From a virus: a DNA stretch of 64,000 nucleotides. The stretch covers positions 32,001-96,000 of the IMG/VR virus record IMGVR_UViG_3300029787_000010. One strand, 5' to 3'. A program made the translations under genes and the position numbers. The notes below the pieces were generated by a model, which was not told where the DNA came from, searched no databases, and worked only from the letters and a program-made list of their open reading frames with translations. Position 1 is the stretch's first letter; every line of letters starts with the position of its first letter. This document shows, one piece after another, positions 9,540 through 23,300 of the stretch.

Positions 9540-9893
9540 TCAGTTCACCTCTATGATAGTAGCGAAACGCAATTCATTATTTTGCGTTTTGGTCACGGCT
9601 CGGTGCGTGTAGCGGAAAAGCACAGTTGTGTCAGTGGAGTCGGCTGGGTTTTGATATTGGACGCACACCTCTTTTAGTGGGATAGTAAATGTAGATGAAA
9701 GGGGCACGACTGCCTCTACGAGAAGAGAATGGTCGTCAACGATGCGCACAGTAGGTGTGGCTACAAAAGCGGGCCTCCCTGCGCCTCCGTCTTCACTGGT
9801 AGCCAGTGTCCCATCAAATCCAAAGACCACTTGGTTGATGCGGTCTTTCAGCGTGTCAATCAAAAATCGGTTTCCTTCTGTCAGTAGTGGCAT
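9540..9893 (-). CDS. Small baseplate/tail-collar-like protein
   Basis: LKEV...LFRY...VTKTQNNEL pattern typical of tail-collar/baseplate domains; position. Confidence 0.55.
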   Translation of the reverse strand: MPLLTEGNRFLIDTLKDRINQVVFGFDGTLATSEDGGAGRPAFVATPTVRIVDDHSLLVEAVVPLSSTFTIPLKEVCVQYQNPADSTDTTVLFRYTHRAVTKTQNNELRFATIIEVN

Positions 9894-9894
9894 A

Positions 9895-11304
9895 TCATCC
9901 TCTCCAAATGGTTATTGGTTTGCGCTTTGGATTCTGTATTTTGAGTAGATTGGCTTGCTCAGTCTTCGGACGAGTGGCTTTTCCACCTATGATGCTGCGG
10001 TCCCCTTGGCCAATGATATAGCCTTCTTGGCGAACCGTTGCAGCAGTGAGTTGCCAGCGAGTGGTAATTTGATAGCGAGCACTGGTTCCAAACTCAATCG
10101 TCTCCGTCTGCCGACTCTTTTCTTGGCTGGCTTCGCTAAGTTCCACGATGTCATTCTGTTGGAACCGCTGTAGTAAATCAGCGATACCCGTGTCCATGGA
10201 TGTGACACGGAGGTCAGTCTTCTTTTGTACAAGGTGGTGGGTGGCTGTCAAGACATTGTAGTTGTCGTTGTCCGTCTGTGTTTGGTAGCGGATAGCCTCA
10301 CCCGGCTGAACCGTAGTGGCCCTCACAACCTCGTGCAAAGTAGTAGCACCTTTAGCCCGATTGGCCGCTGCTAAAAACTTGCGACCAATGGCCCTTGCAC
10401 TTGCCTTGGACACGGCCGTAGGGGCGTTGATACCACCGGGTACTTCAATGACCCCAGTTTCTTGTGCACTAAAGTCATCAATTGTGACGCTATTGCTGTC
10501 ATTCAACGCTCTCGCTTTTCCACGAACCACGAGCCTATTTGGTAGGTGCTGAGTTTCGCTTTCGGTTTTCCCACCTGTAACGGCTACATTGCTGAGATAG
10601 TGAGAGCGGTTAGATTGGAGTTGATGTTGGTAAAACAGATTACCAAATCGGTCAGTGATGAGGCGGTGCCCATCATGTCTGCTCAAGAAGCGCATAGCAC
10701 TGACACCATCTATGCCATTGAAGTCTTTGGCCACGAAGGTGGTACTGCCACGCTTCCTGCTCACATTGACGGAGTTGAGGGAAGACGATTGACTGTCGCC
10801 AAGGCGTGCAGCAAGGTCGCTTGTTCGCAGTCCTACATTGACTGGCTGTGTTATTTGCACAGTCTTTGCACTCATCCCGATGTCCGTCAGCGCCCGACCT
10901 TTGAGGTTGGGCACCATGAGTCGTGAGCCTTTAGTGGCCGTCACTACTTGGTCAACAACGAGGTTTTCCTTCGTGTTGGAATCACTGGTGACCATGGCCG
11001 GCTTCGTCGCACCACTGGACAGTTTGCCGCCTTGGTGAAACACAACGCCCTCATACCGCATGTGCTCAGTCGGCGTGTGCACTAAGTCAATGGAGTCGTC
11101 CTGCTCAGTCAGCGTGTAAGTGCGCTGGTGAGTAGGTTGAAAGTCACTTTGCTTTGGTTTGGCTACACTACGCTTGGACGCAGTCTGCGTGTAGATACCG
11201 TGGCGAACAGCATTGTCCACAAACTTAGGCTTGCGGATGCGCTTCATGACCGTAGGCTGGGCTGCATCACTTCGCCCGGTGTTGGTGTTCTTTGCGACCG
11301 CCAT
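9895..11304 (-). CDS. Baseplate hub/tail-tip-like protein
   Basis: Hub-like C-terminal half (DRFGNLFY, NRLVVRG, VQPGEAI). SD GGAGTGA favours ATG 11304. Confidence 0.55.
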   Translation of the reverse strand: MAVAKNTNTGRSDAAQPTVMKRIRKPKFVDNAVRHGIYTQTASKRSVAKPKQSDFQPTHQRTYTLTEQDDSIDLVHTPTEHMRYEGVVFHQGGKLSSGATKPAMVTSDSNTKENLVVDQVVTATKGSRLMVPNLKGRALTDIGMSAKTVQITQPVNVGLRTSDLAARLGDSQSSSLNSVNVSRKRGSTTFVAKDFNGIDGVSAMRFLSRHDGHRLITDRFGNLFYQHQLQSNRSHYLSNVAVTGGKTESETQHLPNRLVVRGKARALNDSNSVTIDDFSAQETGVIEVPGGINAPTAVSKASARAIGRKFLAAANRAKGATTLHEVVRATTVQPGEAIRYQTQTDNDNYNVLTATHHLVQKKTDLRVTSMDTGIADLLQRFQQNDIVELSEASQEKSRQTETIEFGTSARYQITTRWQLTAATVRQEGYIIGQGDRSIIGGKATRPKTEQANLLKIQNPKRKPITIWRG

Positions 11305-11308
11305 GTTA

Positions 11309-14300
11309 TCACTCCGTACTGTGGTCACCCGTGTTGAAGTTCGTATCGCCGTCTGCGCCCTTGGGGTGCAACGATTGACTGTAGCGAGGCTCTACCGAAA
11401 AGTCTTCCTTTCGTGCAGCGTCGCTGCGGAAATGTTCCAAGGTGTTCTCACTCATGACAATGCGGGCCACTGGATTGGTAATGTCAGTCTTGTCATAGCC
11501 CGTCACATCCACACCCAAAATTTTGGGTCCGTTGCTGTCCGAAGCAGTGACACTCGTGTTGGGAGCGATGCTGTAGACCGGTGAATATGGAGGACTGCTG
11601 GGCGTACCTGTCCGTGCGGACGGGGCATCACTGGTGTAGATACCGTACTTACCTCCACCTGTAGCGAGGTAGAAGTTGCTGCCGTCTTGAGGGCTGCCCG
11701 TCTTGAGCATACGCTTACCACGGAACAACTGGGCATGATGCTTGTCCAGCGTGCGCACAGGGCGCACAAGGAACTCAATGCGACTGTCGGAGACATTGGT
11801 CTTGCCGTCAGTCGGGTCATGGTTAGCGTCTTGATATGGATTGGATGTAGAAGCAGTGTTAGCCTTGCCCCAACCCTCGTCGGAAAGTGCACCTTGTCGC
11901 ACTGACCAATCCATGATGTAGGTGCCACCAAGACTCCACATGCTGTGAGCATCCGAGATTTTCAAAATACCCTTGACAGGCTGGGCTGACCAACTGAGGG
12001 CTGTCATGTCCAAGTGACCAAGAGTCTGTGAGCCGACATCCTTTGCACCACGCAGCGTGATTCGCTGACCGACGCTTCGGTTGCTGTGTAGACTATGTGC
12101 CTCAGTTGACATAATGATGTACTCTTGACTTTCACCGTCGTTGAGTTCACTCATTGTGTCCACATCAAGTCCTATACGCACACCGTCTGCACCTACAGGG
12201 TCAGTCATATCTGTGTTAGCACTGACTGTTTCAATGCTCTCACTGACCATGGCCTCGGGCTTGAGAAGGCCTTCTTCGCTGTCCAGTTCCAACCTCGCGC
12301 TGATACCACGCTCAATCTCCTCCGCTTGAAGCACATCGTTGCGTGGACGATTGAGTCCTTTACCAATAGTCGGCTCACTTGTCGGCTGTGAGAGGACGAG
12401 GCCGGTTGGCTCAATTGATTCGGACACATCCATTAGCAGACTTTCATTGAAATGCGTGGGCCAGCGCACACCACGACCGTCTCCACGGTCGCCGACACGC
12501 ATGGAGTTAGCCGGATTGAACCAATCCACCGTACCCATGTCTGTAGCATCGTTGTTGACTGTGTTGCTGTTGCCGCTTTGACGGTCGTCGTAGGATGCAA
12601 ACAAACCTCGGTTGGCAGGTCGGTCATTACGACCGCCGTCTGTGTAAGCGTTCTCCGGGTCCCACGCAGGACTGATGCCGAAGCCACGGACAGGGAACCG
12701 GCGAACATCCTCACCACGAGTGTTGCCCCACCAGTCTACAAGGTAGTAACGATGAGCGTTAGCAAGTTCGTAAATCTCCTTGCCAGCAGCATCTCCTGCG
12801 TACATTTTCCGGACAGTAGACGGGTTGCGTAGAACACGCACAGGGCAGCCAAACGGCTTTGTCATTCGGCGACCGTCGCTGTAGCGAACCTGTCGCCCGA
12901 GTTGGTCTTCGTTGAACAACGCACTGATTTGCGTCAGTCGTTCAAGAATACCCGCGTAAGACGCTGGGTAATCTGTACCGGCCTTCCAGCCGTCCGTCTT
13001 GCTATCCTGTTGTACAAACGGCCCGTGGTAGTAACCAAGCAATGCGTTGCTGTTAGCCACTTCCAAGTAGCCCCGAACATACGGTGACCAACGAGGGCGA
13101 TTCATTGGTTGACGCACAGCCATGCGGTAGCCAAAGCAGTAGTTACGAGCATCGTCGGAATCGCTGGTCATTTGTGCATAGGTACGCTCATCTACACCAC
13201 TATTGTCACGGAAACTTACACAGTCCACTCCGAACAACTTGCCACCCCAACCAATCAGCGCCTCAAGGAATCCGTCAAGGCGACTGGAACCAGCGCCGCC
13301 ACGAGAGCCGCCGGGCCAATAGCCTGCAAAGTTGAACTTGTCCGAGCCGATTGTCCCACCTTGATGTGAAAGTGCCGATGTGGCGTCCAGTTGACTGGCA
13401 GTGAAAATGGCTCCAGTGCCACCTACGGAACTGGTGGTAGAAATGCTGATTTCCATTATTGGGAAACGGTTAGTGGTGCTGGCTCCGTCTACTCCGTTGA
13501 CCGTCGCTGGACTTGGATTGTTGGACATTTTGCTGTCATCAATGACACCCCAAAGTGTTGAAACATAGAGTTTGGTCCCATCGTCACTCCAGTCAATACC
13601 TGAAACCCAAGGGGTGGTATCACTGCCGGACTGAGAAACCGAAGCAGATTTGTTAAGGAAGTAAGTACGCAAGTCAAGTGTCACATCCAAACTGGAAGTA
13701 GAGGTGTCATAAGGTGTAGACAAAGTGTACTCTCGTACATAGCCGGACGCTCCACTCAGCCACATTTTAGTCCCGTCCGAGTTGAACAATATGTCGCTGA
13801 TTGTACTTGCGCTGATTGACGCTGATGTACCTTCGGTATCGCCACTGGCCACGATGTAGGGGCTGGCAGTGGAGAATTGACGAAGAGTAGAAGCATACCC
13901 TACGAAATACTTGGTACCGTCTCCGTTCCAAGCGGCGGCACGAATACCTGTTTGGCTTGACAAATTCTTACTACCGGTGAAAGTAAAGGTGCTTGACACA
14001 TCAAATGCGGATGCGAGTGTTGCACTTCGTATGCCGCCGCCATGGAAATCTGTGACAATCATCTTTGTGCCACTGGGGTCAATATCAAATCCGTCACAAC
14101 TGTTGAGGTCCGAATCTCCAAGGCCCGCACTCTGTTGGTCGTAAAGTCCGTCAGTATTGGCAATGTCAATTTTAGAGAAAAATACATTGTCAGTATCGTA
14201 ATCGTTATTGTTACCACGGTTAGAAACAATGATGTCGTCCCCAACTACGCGCATACCTGTCAACCATGTAGTCGTGGCATGAATTTGTTGGAAGTTGATA

Positions 14301-17300
14301 CCTTTGCGGTTAGCCGTCGTCCCTACTGAATCGGACACTGCTTGTAGTGAATATGAAATGGTTTCTTCATAGGGCGGCTTCAACCAGTTCATGCCAAGTG
14401 CAAACGGACCTTTGGAAGCAGCGTAAAAGAAATCATTGTAATGGACTGTTTCATAGTGCTCGGGGATGTTATTCAGTCCTTTCTTGAGTACAGGGCTGTC
14501 CACATCACCTGCTTTTGTGTAGAATGAACGGGAACCATCGTCCGAATAGTAGGTGAATGGTCGTCCGAGATTGGGGTGCCACATACACAGGAACGCATCG
14601 GGAAGATGAAGACTGTTTGTATCACGAGTACCAGTGTAAGTTTGTAAGAGGTTACGAGTGACTATGCTCTTATTTGAATCAGTGTAGATTTCATCAGCGA
14701 ACCGGTTAGCATAAGGCCCGGTCAATTTGACGATAGTGCCCGAACCACTGACAGTCAAGTTAGTCCAAAAGTTCGGAGTGATGTTGACCACTCCAGCAAA
14801 TTGCACAGGGGAGCCAAGTGTCGCGTGAGCCAATGTGCCCACACGGTGCGTGTAAGTAGCCAATTGCCTTTCTCCATTGGAGTCTATATATTCCAATTGC
14901 TCTCCGTAATACGGGTCTACTGGGAACAACTCAGCGTTAGTCACTGTGATTGTTTTAGCAGAATCGTCTTTCGCAGTAGCACGGGTGTTGGGATTGAGTG
15001 AGCGTATTCGGAAATGCTCAGCGTAGATGTCGGGGTAGCAAGTGGGGTAGCCTGCCAATGTAATCTGTGCACCAACAGCGCCGAATGTAGCCCTGTTCAA
15101 TTGATAGTAATGGTCGGGAGTGTGCCATTCTAAATGACGGAAGTATGTCGCTGCTGCCGCTCTTGCGCCGTCTTTGTGCAACTGTGCCCACCAAGGTACA
15201 GTGATGGTGAAGCCGGGCGTGGTTTCTACGAACATGTTCGGGTGGTATGGTAGCGAACGACGACTGAATGCGGGTGAAGCAGACTCCTCTACGCCCAAGG
15301 GATTGTAGAGAGCAAGAGGTGGAAGGTTGGTGAATTGACTACCTGCATCGGGCTCAATGTCCAACATCAGTTCGTTAAGAAGTATTTCACAACCACGCAC
15401 ATCGGCCATGGTAGCCTCAGCAAGAACAAGTGTGTAGCCGCCGTCTCCACTCGTAGAGTGCTCAATAGCGATGACCGTGTTGACCTGTTGACCCGTGAGT
15501 TCAATAACAGACCCATCGGGCACATTGTTAGCAGGCCCGTTCCGGTGATAGCCATTGAATTGTTGCTTAAACAAATTTGGCTGAATAACAATTTGGTAAG
15601 CACCTACTTCCATAGGGTCGGGGAAGTGATTGTTTTGAGTGTAAGTTCCAGCAGCCTCCAGCACAATGCTATGGCCACCTGTCTTATTGGCATCTATAGA
15701 AGCAGCAATACCGTAGCCTTCAAACTTCAATTTTGTCTCTGTGAGCAAGGTGAATGCGCCGCCGTGGATGTCCGATGGAGAAACGGATGCAGTTGGGCCG
15801 GAGAACCAAATCAAGGGGTCACGATGAGGGCGCTTTCCTTCGTCACTGAACTCTTCTTCAACTGAAATAACCGATGCTGCGGAAGCGGCCCTGTGCAAAT
15901 CATACAGTCGTTGATACGCAGGATGAGCGTAATGGCCCGGCATCATTGCCATGGTGGCGTTGACATAATGGTGACCCATGCGAGGGATTGGCATCGGTGT
16001 CAATTTAGGTGTACCCAATTGTGTCATTGGAGTGGTACCGACATTTGGCCAATCAATGGTAGGCATGTCCGGGCTGGCACCGCTGTACTCTGCATGGTCA
16101 CGCAGACGGCGAGCGGCAAAGAATCGGGTGCTACCGGCTGGCATGTAGTACGATGGGACAACCTTGAGTCCAGTCTTCCCAGCCACGAATGACGAGAAGT
16201 CGGGACTGTAGACGACGCCTGTGAACTTGTTTGTCCCCACCCCCGTATACGAAGCGATGACGCCTTTATCGGTCGTCGGGTCATAAACGCGCAGGAAATA
16301 CCGACCGCTACTTTGCTCGTTTGAATCTGTCCATGTAGCCGCTTCGGGTGTAGACCCGACGGTGATTTCTGTACCGCTGAAACTGGAGTAGGTCAGTTCG
16401 TCAACATCGTACCGATGCGTCATGGTCGCACCCATTTTTGTCACATGGAAGTGCAGGGCACGGTCGTGTGGCTCATAGGCTGTCTTGAGAGAAGCGTTAT
16501 CCGTATGTTGCTGCCAGCCCTGCGTTGAACTGTTAGGGAACGCAAGTCGGTCATTACTTACATCTGACCCATCTTGAGAAAGGTGTTCCCACCCATTGTT
16601 CTCCCAAGTTGGCCAAAGGCGAGGACCGGTGTAGGTATCAGCAAAGGTGTCCTTGACAGCCCCTTCTCCCTGCAACGGGTGCATAATACCGCCAGCCCCC
16701 ATCGTTTCGGTTTGGTAGCCCTGTATTCGGTCAAATCCGGGTCGCACGATGATGTTGCCCGGAATCTCGTTCGCAAGTGGTAGACGGATGCGCATGTTTG
16801 GTGAGACACCGTCACCGGCAAGCGAAGGGGCCAAGCCCTCAAGGTCCCGGTCGCTGACATGTCGGAAGTCATAGATGATGGTACCCAGTGGACTACCTCC
16901 TTCTAACCGGTGCTCTTGCCCTGTATCGTCAACGACCTGTAAACTTCGGAACTGCAATTCTTCGTTGGGTATGTTGAGTGCACTTTCTACAAGTGGATAG
17001 TTCAGTTCCAATTGCGGATGGCTCAATTCTTGCGCTTGGATAAGTGGCATCATGGCTTTATTTGTGGTTTCAAAAGAAAACCGATTGTTACCAAGGACTT
17101 TTTCACCCACTGTTTTGTAAGTTGAGGAGTCTTTGCGCACGACCCATGGTGTCATGCCCAGTCCACGAGCGTTGCTGGCAGGAAGCGTGAGGTTGCCACC
17201 GTCCATTCGCTTCCAAACGACATGTTCTTCAAGGAAATTACGAGCAGCCTGTCGCCCGTTGTAATACTTGTACAGACCTTCACTTGTGCTGTAATACTGT

Positions 17301-20300
17301 ATTTTGGTTGTCACACCCGTACACTCAACTCCATAGGTTGCACTGTCTTCGTGATTGGCGCGTGCCGGTACGATTGACTTATCCCAAAACAAATCACCTG
17401 TCGGACTGTGACAGGCATCGCCGCGACTAATGTGAGAAGCGGCTGTGACTCGTGAATGCCAGTAGGCTTCCGTGCCGACCGCTGGATAGGAGGTGGCTTT
17501 TTGTGGGAAAGAAGTTGTTGTATTGACCATAGTAGCCTCAATGTGAGGCCCGGCAGTAGCGTGTGAAACATAGCGGTCTTTGTTGTGTACCTTACCAGTG
17601 TTCCAAGCAACCGTGCCAGCATTAGCAAGCGTGGCACTTCGTTTCACATCCAACCAGTCCCCCATGGCAATAATGCCGTCTCGGTCGGTCTTTGCGATGA
17701 GTGGCAATTCGCTTTCGTGCGTCACAGCAATCAAGTGTCGGGAAGCAAGACCATGAACGCAACTTTCCGATGACAAAGTAGTGATGGTGTCTATAGAGCC
17801 ATGAGGGGAAACGCTGCCTATACAAGACTCTGCACTACCGTATGGAGAGAACCCTAAGAATGGGTGCCATGCACCGAGTCCGGCAGCAAAGGTGGAGGTA
17901 GTGCCTACTTCCAATGAGTTGAGATATGAGTATCGTTCACCTGCCCAACCTACTGCGCCAATCGGTTTCGTGCGGTCAACGGCGTCCATAAGTCCGTTGA
18001 AGTGCACTTGTGTACGCTCATTGATTGATTCATTGGAATTGTCGTAGCGATGCGTACCAGCCTTGGTCCACACATACACTTTGACATTTGGACCATTGAA
18101 TGTTGCAGAAGGTATGGCTGCCTTTGAAACTGGGTTGACAATGTTACTGTTGGAGGTAATCGTATTGACACCAAGCGTAAAAGTAGCGCCTGTGTACGAA
18201 ACATAGGGTGCAAACCCACTGACTGCTCCATCGCTAACTCTTAGCCAGCCGTATTGAGGTAGTGTGGTAGGAATGGCAGATGTCACTGTAAGGGTCGCCG
18301 CAGTTGGTCCGGAAGCATGTTCAGTGTAACCTGTGTTTTGAACTGCATCCAGTGTCACCCAACCGTAGCGGTCTTGCTTTGCAGCGTGCTGCATAGACGG
18401 TAAGAAGGTTCCACCAATCGCTTTCAATGGTTCAGTACCGGGGAAAGTGTTGATGGATGTAGCGACAACAGCCGCTAACTCTTCTGCATTTTGGCAACGC
18501 GTGGCATCAATGATGAAAATGTTATCAGTGTGGTCCATAGCGGCTTCGGAACCGTAAGTGCCAAGGTATGCTTTGGCCAAAGCAGAAGCAACACGGAACA
18601 CCGACGGGTTTTGTGATGTGCCCGAACCTGTTGCCAATCGCTGGGTGGATTTAGGATGCTTGATGTTACGGATGATATGGTTGTCCAAGAAATGCCCACC
18701 GGGATGGTAGCCGCCGTCCATGTGCCAAACACAGCCACTGGCATGCGTTGTCGGCAAAGAAGCGTGCCCCATCGCCACACCGGCAACATTGGTGAAAACT
18801 TCATTCATCAAATGAGCGTTTGCTGGAGGACTTGATGCTCCTAATTGACTTTGATAATAGCGCCCTTCTCCTGCACTTTGACCGTAATAAGTGGCGTTGG
18901 GTGAACCTTTAGTCGGCTCCCAATTTAAAATGAAATTGAAACCTTGGACATTGGTCTTTTGGTATTCTTTTGCAGGAGGTAACCTTGCTCCGAAGCCTTG
19001 GATAGAAGCATCTCCGTGCGTGATGATGTTTGGAAGAAGAGAAAGACCCGACACTGGGTGATTTGTGGGTACAGCACTGTAGCCGTTACCTGTTTCAATG
19101 ATGTTTGAAAGTTGGGGCTCAAAGGAAGCAAAGTTGTGAGGCACGGCTTGACCCGGTCCAAAGACGAGATAGGTGGTAGAATCGTCCGCTTGTGGCGTAG
19201 AGTCATAACGGGCATGAGGATGTCCAAAGCGTATGACAATGGGGCTTGGACGAGCGCAATTCACAGTGAATCCTCCTCCAGCATAAGTGACACCAGTAGA
19301 TGATGCATTGGTGTTGTTCCCCGCATCCAAGTCCGGACTTAGCATAGCGTCTTGATTGAAGAACGGCATGTGATTGCGACCGTTATGTTGGTTGAGGTAA
19401 GGTGTTCCGGGGAACATAGCCAGCATAGCGTTAGCGTCAAGTAATGCGTACGAACCTGCAACCTCACCTACATTTTGCATTCCACTCGCACCTGTTGGTC
19501 CATCGGCGTACGGATGCGTGTAAAACTCCGAGTAGTCATTTTCTGTACCGTCGTTGATGTCTACGGTCACGCCCGAGAAACCGCCGCCAAAGTACAGAGG
19601 TACCCACCGGTCGGGACTGGGCTTACCCCCACGGAAGTAAAGGAAAGGCTCCCCGTGTTTACTTCCCTTCGTACGAATGCCTTGCAGGTATCTACTCTTC
19701 GCAATGCTGTTTTGCTTTACCAGTATGTCTCCTGCCACAGCAGTTGTCAAAAAGTCGTCGGAATGAGAAACTATGGTTGCGTGGTAATGAGAAGTTGAGC
19801 CAGCGGTGCTTTGCACACGAGCCCAGTTTTCTTCACCTAACCAAAGTACAACTTGGTTCCCCCATGAGTTACTGTCATTTGAGGCCGGCGTTAATGCCAA
19901 GAACAGTAACTCGTTATTGCTATTATCTGTTTCAATGTGAGGAGTACCAGTGTTGATAGTGGCGATTTCAATCATTGGTGAGTTGACCATGGGTATGATT
20001 CGGTCGCCGGGCAACCTGTAGAAGTTATCTCCACGCAAATTTTGACGCCACAAATCAGTGCTGACAATGTTGTTTTGACTGTTGACCAAAACTGGAGTAG
20101 CCGTGTTAGCGTTTGGACCTCGGAACTTGGTGGTAATCGTCAACAGCGTCTTTGGTAAGTAGCCACAATCAATGCGCATACTGTCGTTGATTTGACTTGC
20201 ACTCAAATCAGCATCAGCGACAGAGGCTTGAATACCCAAGTCGGGGGTCAATGAAGACTCAAAGAGATGGTTAAGTGGTACGACACGGTCTTTGGAACTG

Positions 20301-23300
20301 TAGGCTTTGATTCGCACAGCGCCGGGCTTTACGCCCCACTCACCCAAAGTGCGCCCGTCGGGAGCGTAGAGTCCAGTGCAATCAAAGGTAGTGGCTGCCA
20401 CATCGTCTGTGTTGGGGTCATCCATGTTGATGGCAAAGTTGACGGCCGCTGCCATCACTTCGTCTGTTAAAACACAAGTGAAATTGATACGAGGGCTCAT
20501 GATACGAGTCACTTTTCCACTTTGATAATTGGACCCTATATTCTTGACACCATACAAAAAGTGCTCATTGGACCCGCCAATACCAGCCTTACCCTCATGT
20601 GAACGAGAAGTATAGTAGTAGACTTCACCATTGTTGCCCGAGCCCATGTCATTCAACTGAATCAGCCCACTGTCCGGCAGTCCGAGATAACCAAGAATAT
20701 CTGTGTGCGTGAACGAACCACCATTGTCGTATGGCGAAGCGAGCGTGAACTTCAAGTTGTCATTTGAGCCGTCCTTTTCAACGGAGATGGAAATGCCCAC
20801 AGCAGGAGAATTGTAGTTGTTCCAAAGGTTGCCCTTGAACGACGACTTCGTCCCTGCTGTATAACGCCCGTTGACATCACCTTTCCCGGCCATGTGCTTA
20901 CCGACAGTGAATCCGCCCTGCCCAACATCTCGGTCATCAAAGTAAATGACAATTTCATCGTCAAGTGTTTCGGGGAGATGTGTCAAGTCGCCTGCAAAAG
21001 CCTCGCCAAACTGCCTGTACACGAAGCGTACAGTGTGAGACTTACCACGATGGTCAGCGAGTCGGATGCCGTACATTTGCCCATCACCAATTTTGTCGGG
21101 GCGTATCTCATCGTCGGGGATGTAGGAACCAGCCAACTGATTGACCAAGCCATGCTGCTTTGTCCCAATGTGCTCGTTGTCTCCGTAGATGTGGTCAAAG
21201 CGGACATTTTCCCCATCGGGACCATAACCCCAGCGACTACAATCGGGTGCCCATCCGGGTATGCCAGCCTGTGTCAATCCGCCAAAATTGATGCGACCAA
21301 TCGCCTGTGACCCTACTCGGAGTCCGTTGACGATGACTTGACCACTTGCTTTGGGCTCAAAGTTTGAATCAACAACTGTGTTAGCACTGCGCCCAGTAGC
21401 GTGCTCAGTGGTTGATTCTGTGTTGAGGGAAACGCTGCTTTGAATCTCGGGACCAAAGTCCAAGTTGTTTCGGTATTCGTCCGAAGTTTGCTCAACAGGA
21501 AGGTATTCTCGTAGCGTGGTGATGGGAGCAAACGGGCGACCGAGACGGTTAATTGGCATAGGTGCAGGGTGCATATTTTCGCCATCCTTTTCATTTGGTT
21601 GACACCAATAGTTGCGGAAGCGGCCACCATGCCCAATCAAAAATTCCGGACGATAAGGCGTCTGTGCACGGGATGCGTCTAACCACACACAGAAGTTGCG
21701 ACCGGATGCACCGGGAACCGTTGAGTGGATGACAACAGAATAGCCTTCTTTCCCATCTTCATCAGTGACAATGCGTCCCAAATGTGCTCGCATGTAGCCC
21801 ATATGACTACCACGGTCATGGCTACCAAACGCTGTGTCTTTGTTCCAAAACGGAGCAGGGTCATGAGTTGAGCCCGTAGCCGCAAAGTCAGCGCGCTGAT
21901 GTCTTGCTGCTGGGTCTTTGATACGCCCTGTGTTGACAGAAGTCTCACCCTTACCCAAATCAAACCGCTCACCTTCACCCAAATACTGGTCCGCTGGACG
22001 CCGTGCGTGAGTGCGTCCGTTCTTAGCACCTGCTTGATTGATGAGTCGGACCACCTCTTTTGCGGCTGCCTCAATATCAGTTACACCTTCTTTGACACCA
22101 ACCTCGCCTAAATCAATAACAAGGCGGCGAACGAAGTCCATGTTCGTCCAATGCGGGAGATGCTGGAGGCGGTCCTCTTCGTGAGTGGATAAATCAAGTG
22201 TAGATGAACGAATGCCCTTCATTGACAAGAATGCAGGAATGACTCTCGTCCCATCGGGGGTATCAAAGAATGTAGCCTGCTCAGTAGTGTCTTTGAGCAT
22301 TTGCTGATGCAAAGTGTTGGCCTCGGATGTATCAACCGTGGCGTCTTGAGTTCGTGGCATGATTGAACTGACTTGAGGGGTTTGCTCATGATAACCAGTT
22401 GCGTGGCTACCTATCGCTACATTTGCGTTCCAAGTGCTGTTATGCGACATTGACGCTTCTACAAATTCGGACGACGCACTGCTTGCCAAGTTCTTGTTTT
22501 GTGAGGCGAACCCTGCTGCGACATCAATTCCGGAGTTTCGCTTGTCATTGTCGTGGGCCCCGGAACCTTCGTTGTCAGTGCCAATTTTGACAGCGGCTGG
22601 ACTTGACTGAACTTGCATGTGCAAATCTTGGAACGCTATGAACTCCCGGTCATGAGCGACATCGTAAAGCAATACCCTCGCATGCTCTTCTGTAGACTGG
22701 TATGGGTCAAGGTATGCTACGACAGGTATAGCAGATGACAAACCGAGTGATTCATAATTCATCTCAATCGTTTTATTCACATGCTGTACGAAATTGCGAG
22801 CCGTTTCCAAACAAGAGTTCCCAATCAAAAAGTTCTCCAATGGTAGACTGCTACGAGGTATAGTAGCAAGGTCGCCCTCTCCACCAAGGAATCCTTCCCA
22901 CACCTCGCCTTCATTCAATGTTCCACGACTCTTGCAGAAAAGGCCTTCCGTGGCGTGAGGGTTCGTGTAGTGCATGTTCATCCACACAGTGTCACCAGCA
23001 CGCAGTCCACCCGGACAATACGGATTTGCCCAAGCCGTATTGAGGAAATAGTTGGTATTCACCTCGGGGAAAATAGATGTCGTAGTGTGCACATCTATGA
23101 GTGTGATTTCAGTCCCAACTGGAGGATTAAAGCCCGAATCAATTGAAACCAGTGCTAATGAATTACCAGTGCGAGTGTTGTAATGAGCATGTTTAAAGGC
23201 ACTTGCGGTGGTATCATAGTACCTTACACGGTAAGCATAATTGGAGTTAGCAGTTATGTCAAGAGGGAAATCCGACCCGTCTTTCAATACAAGAGTAGGA

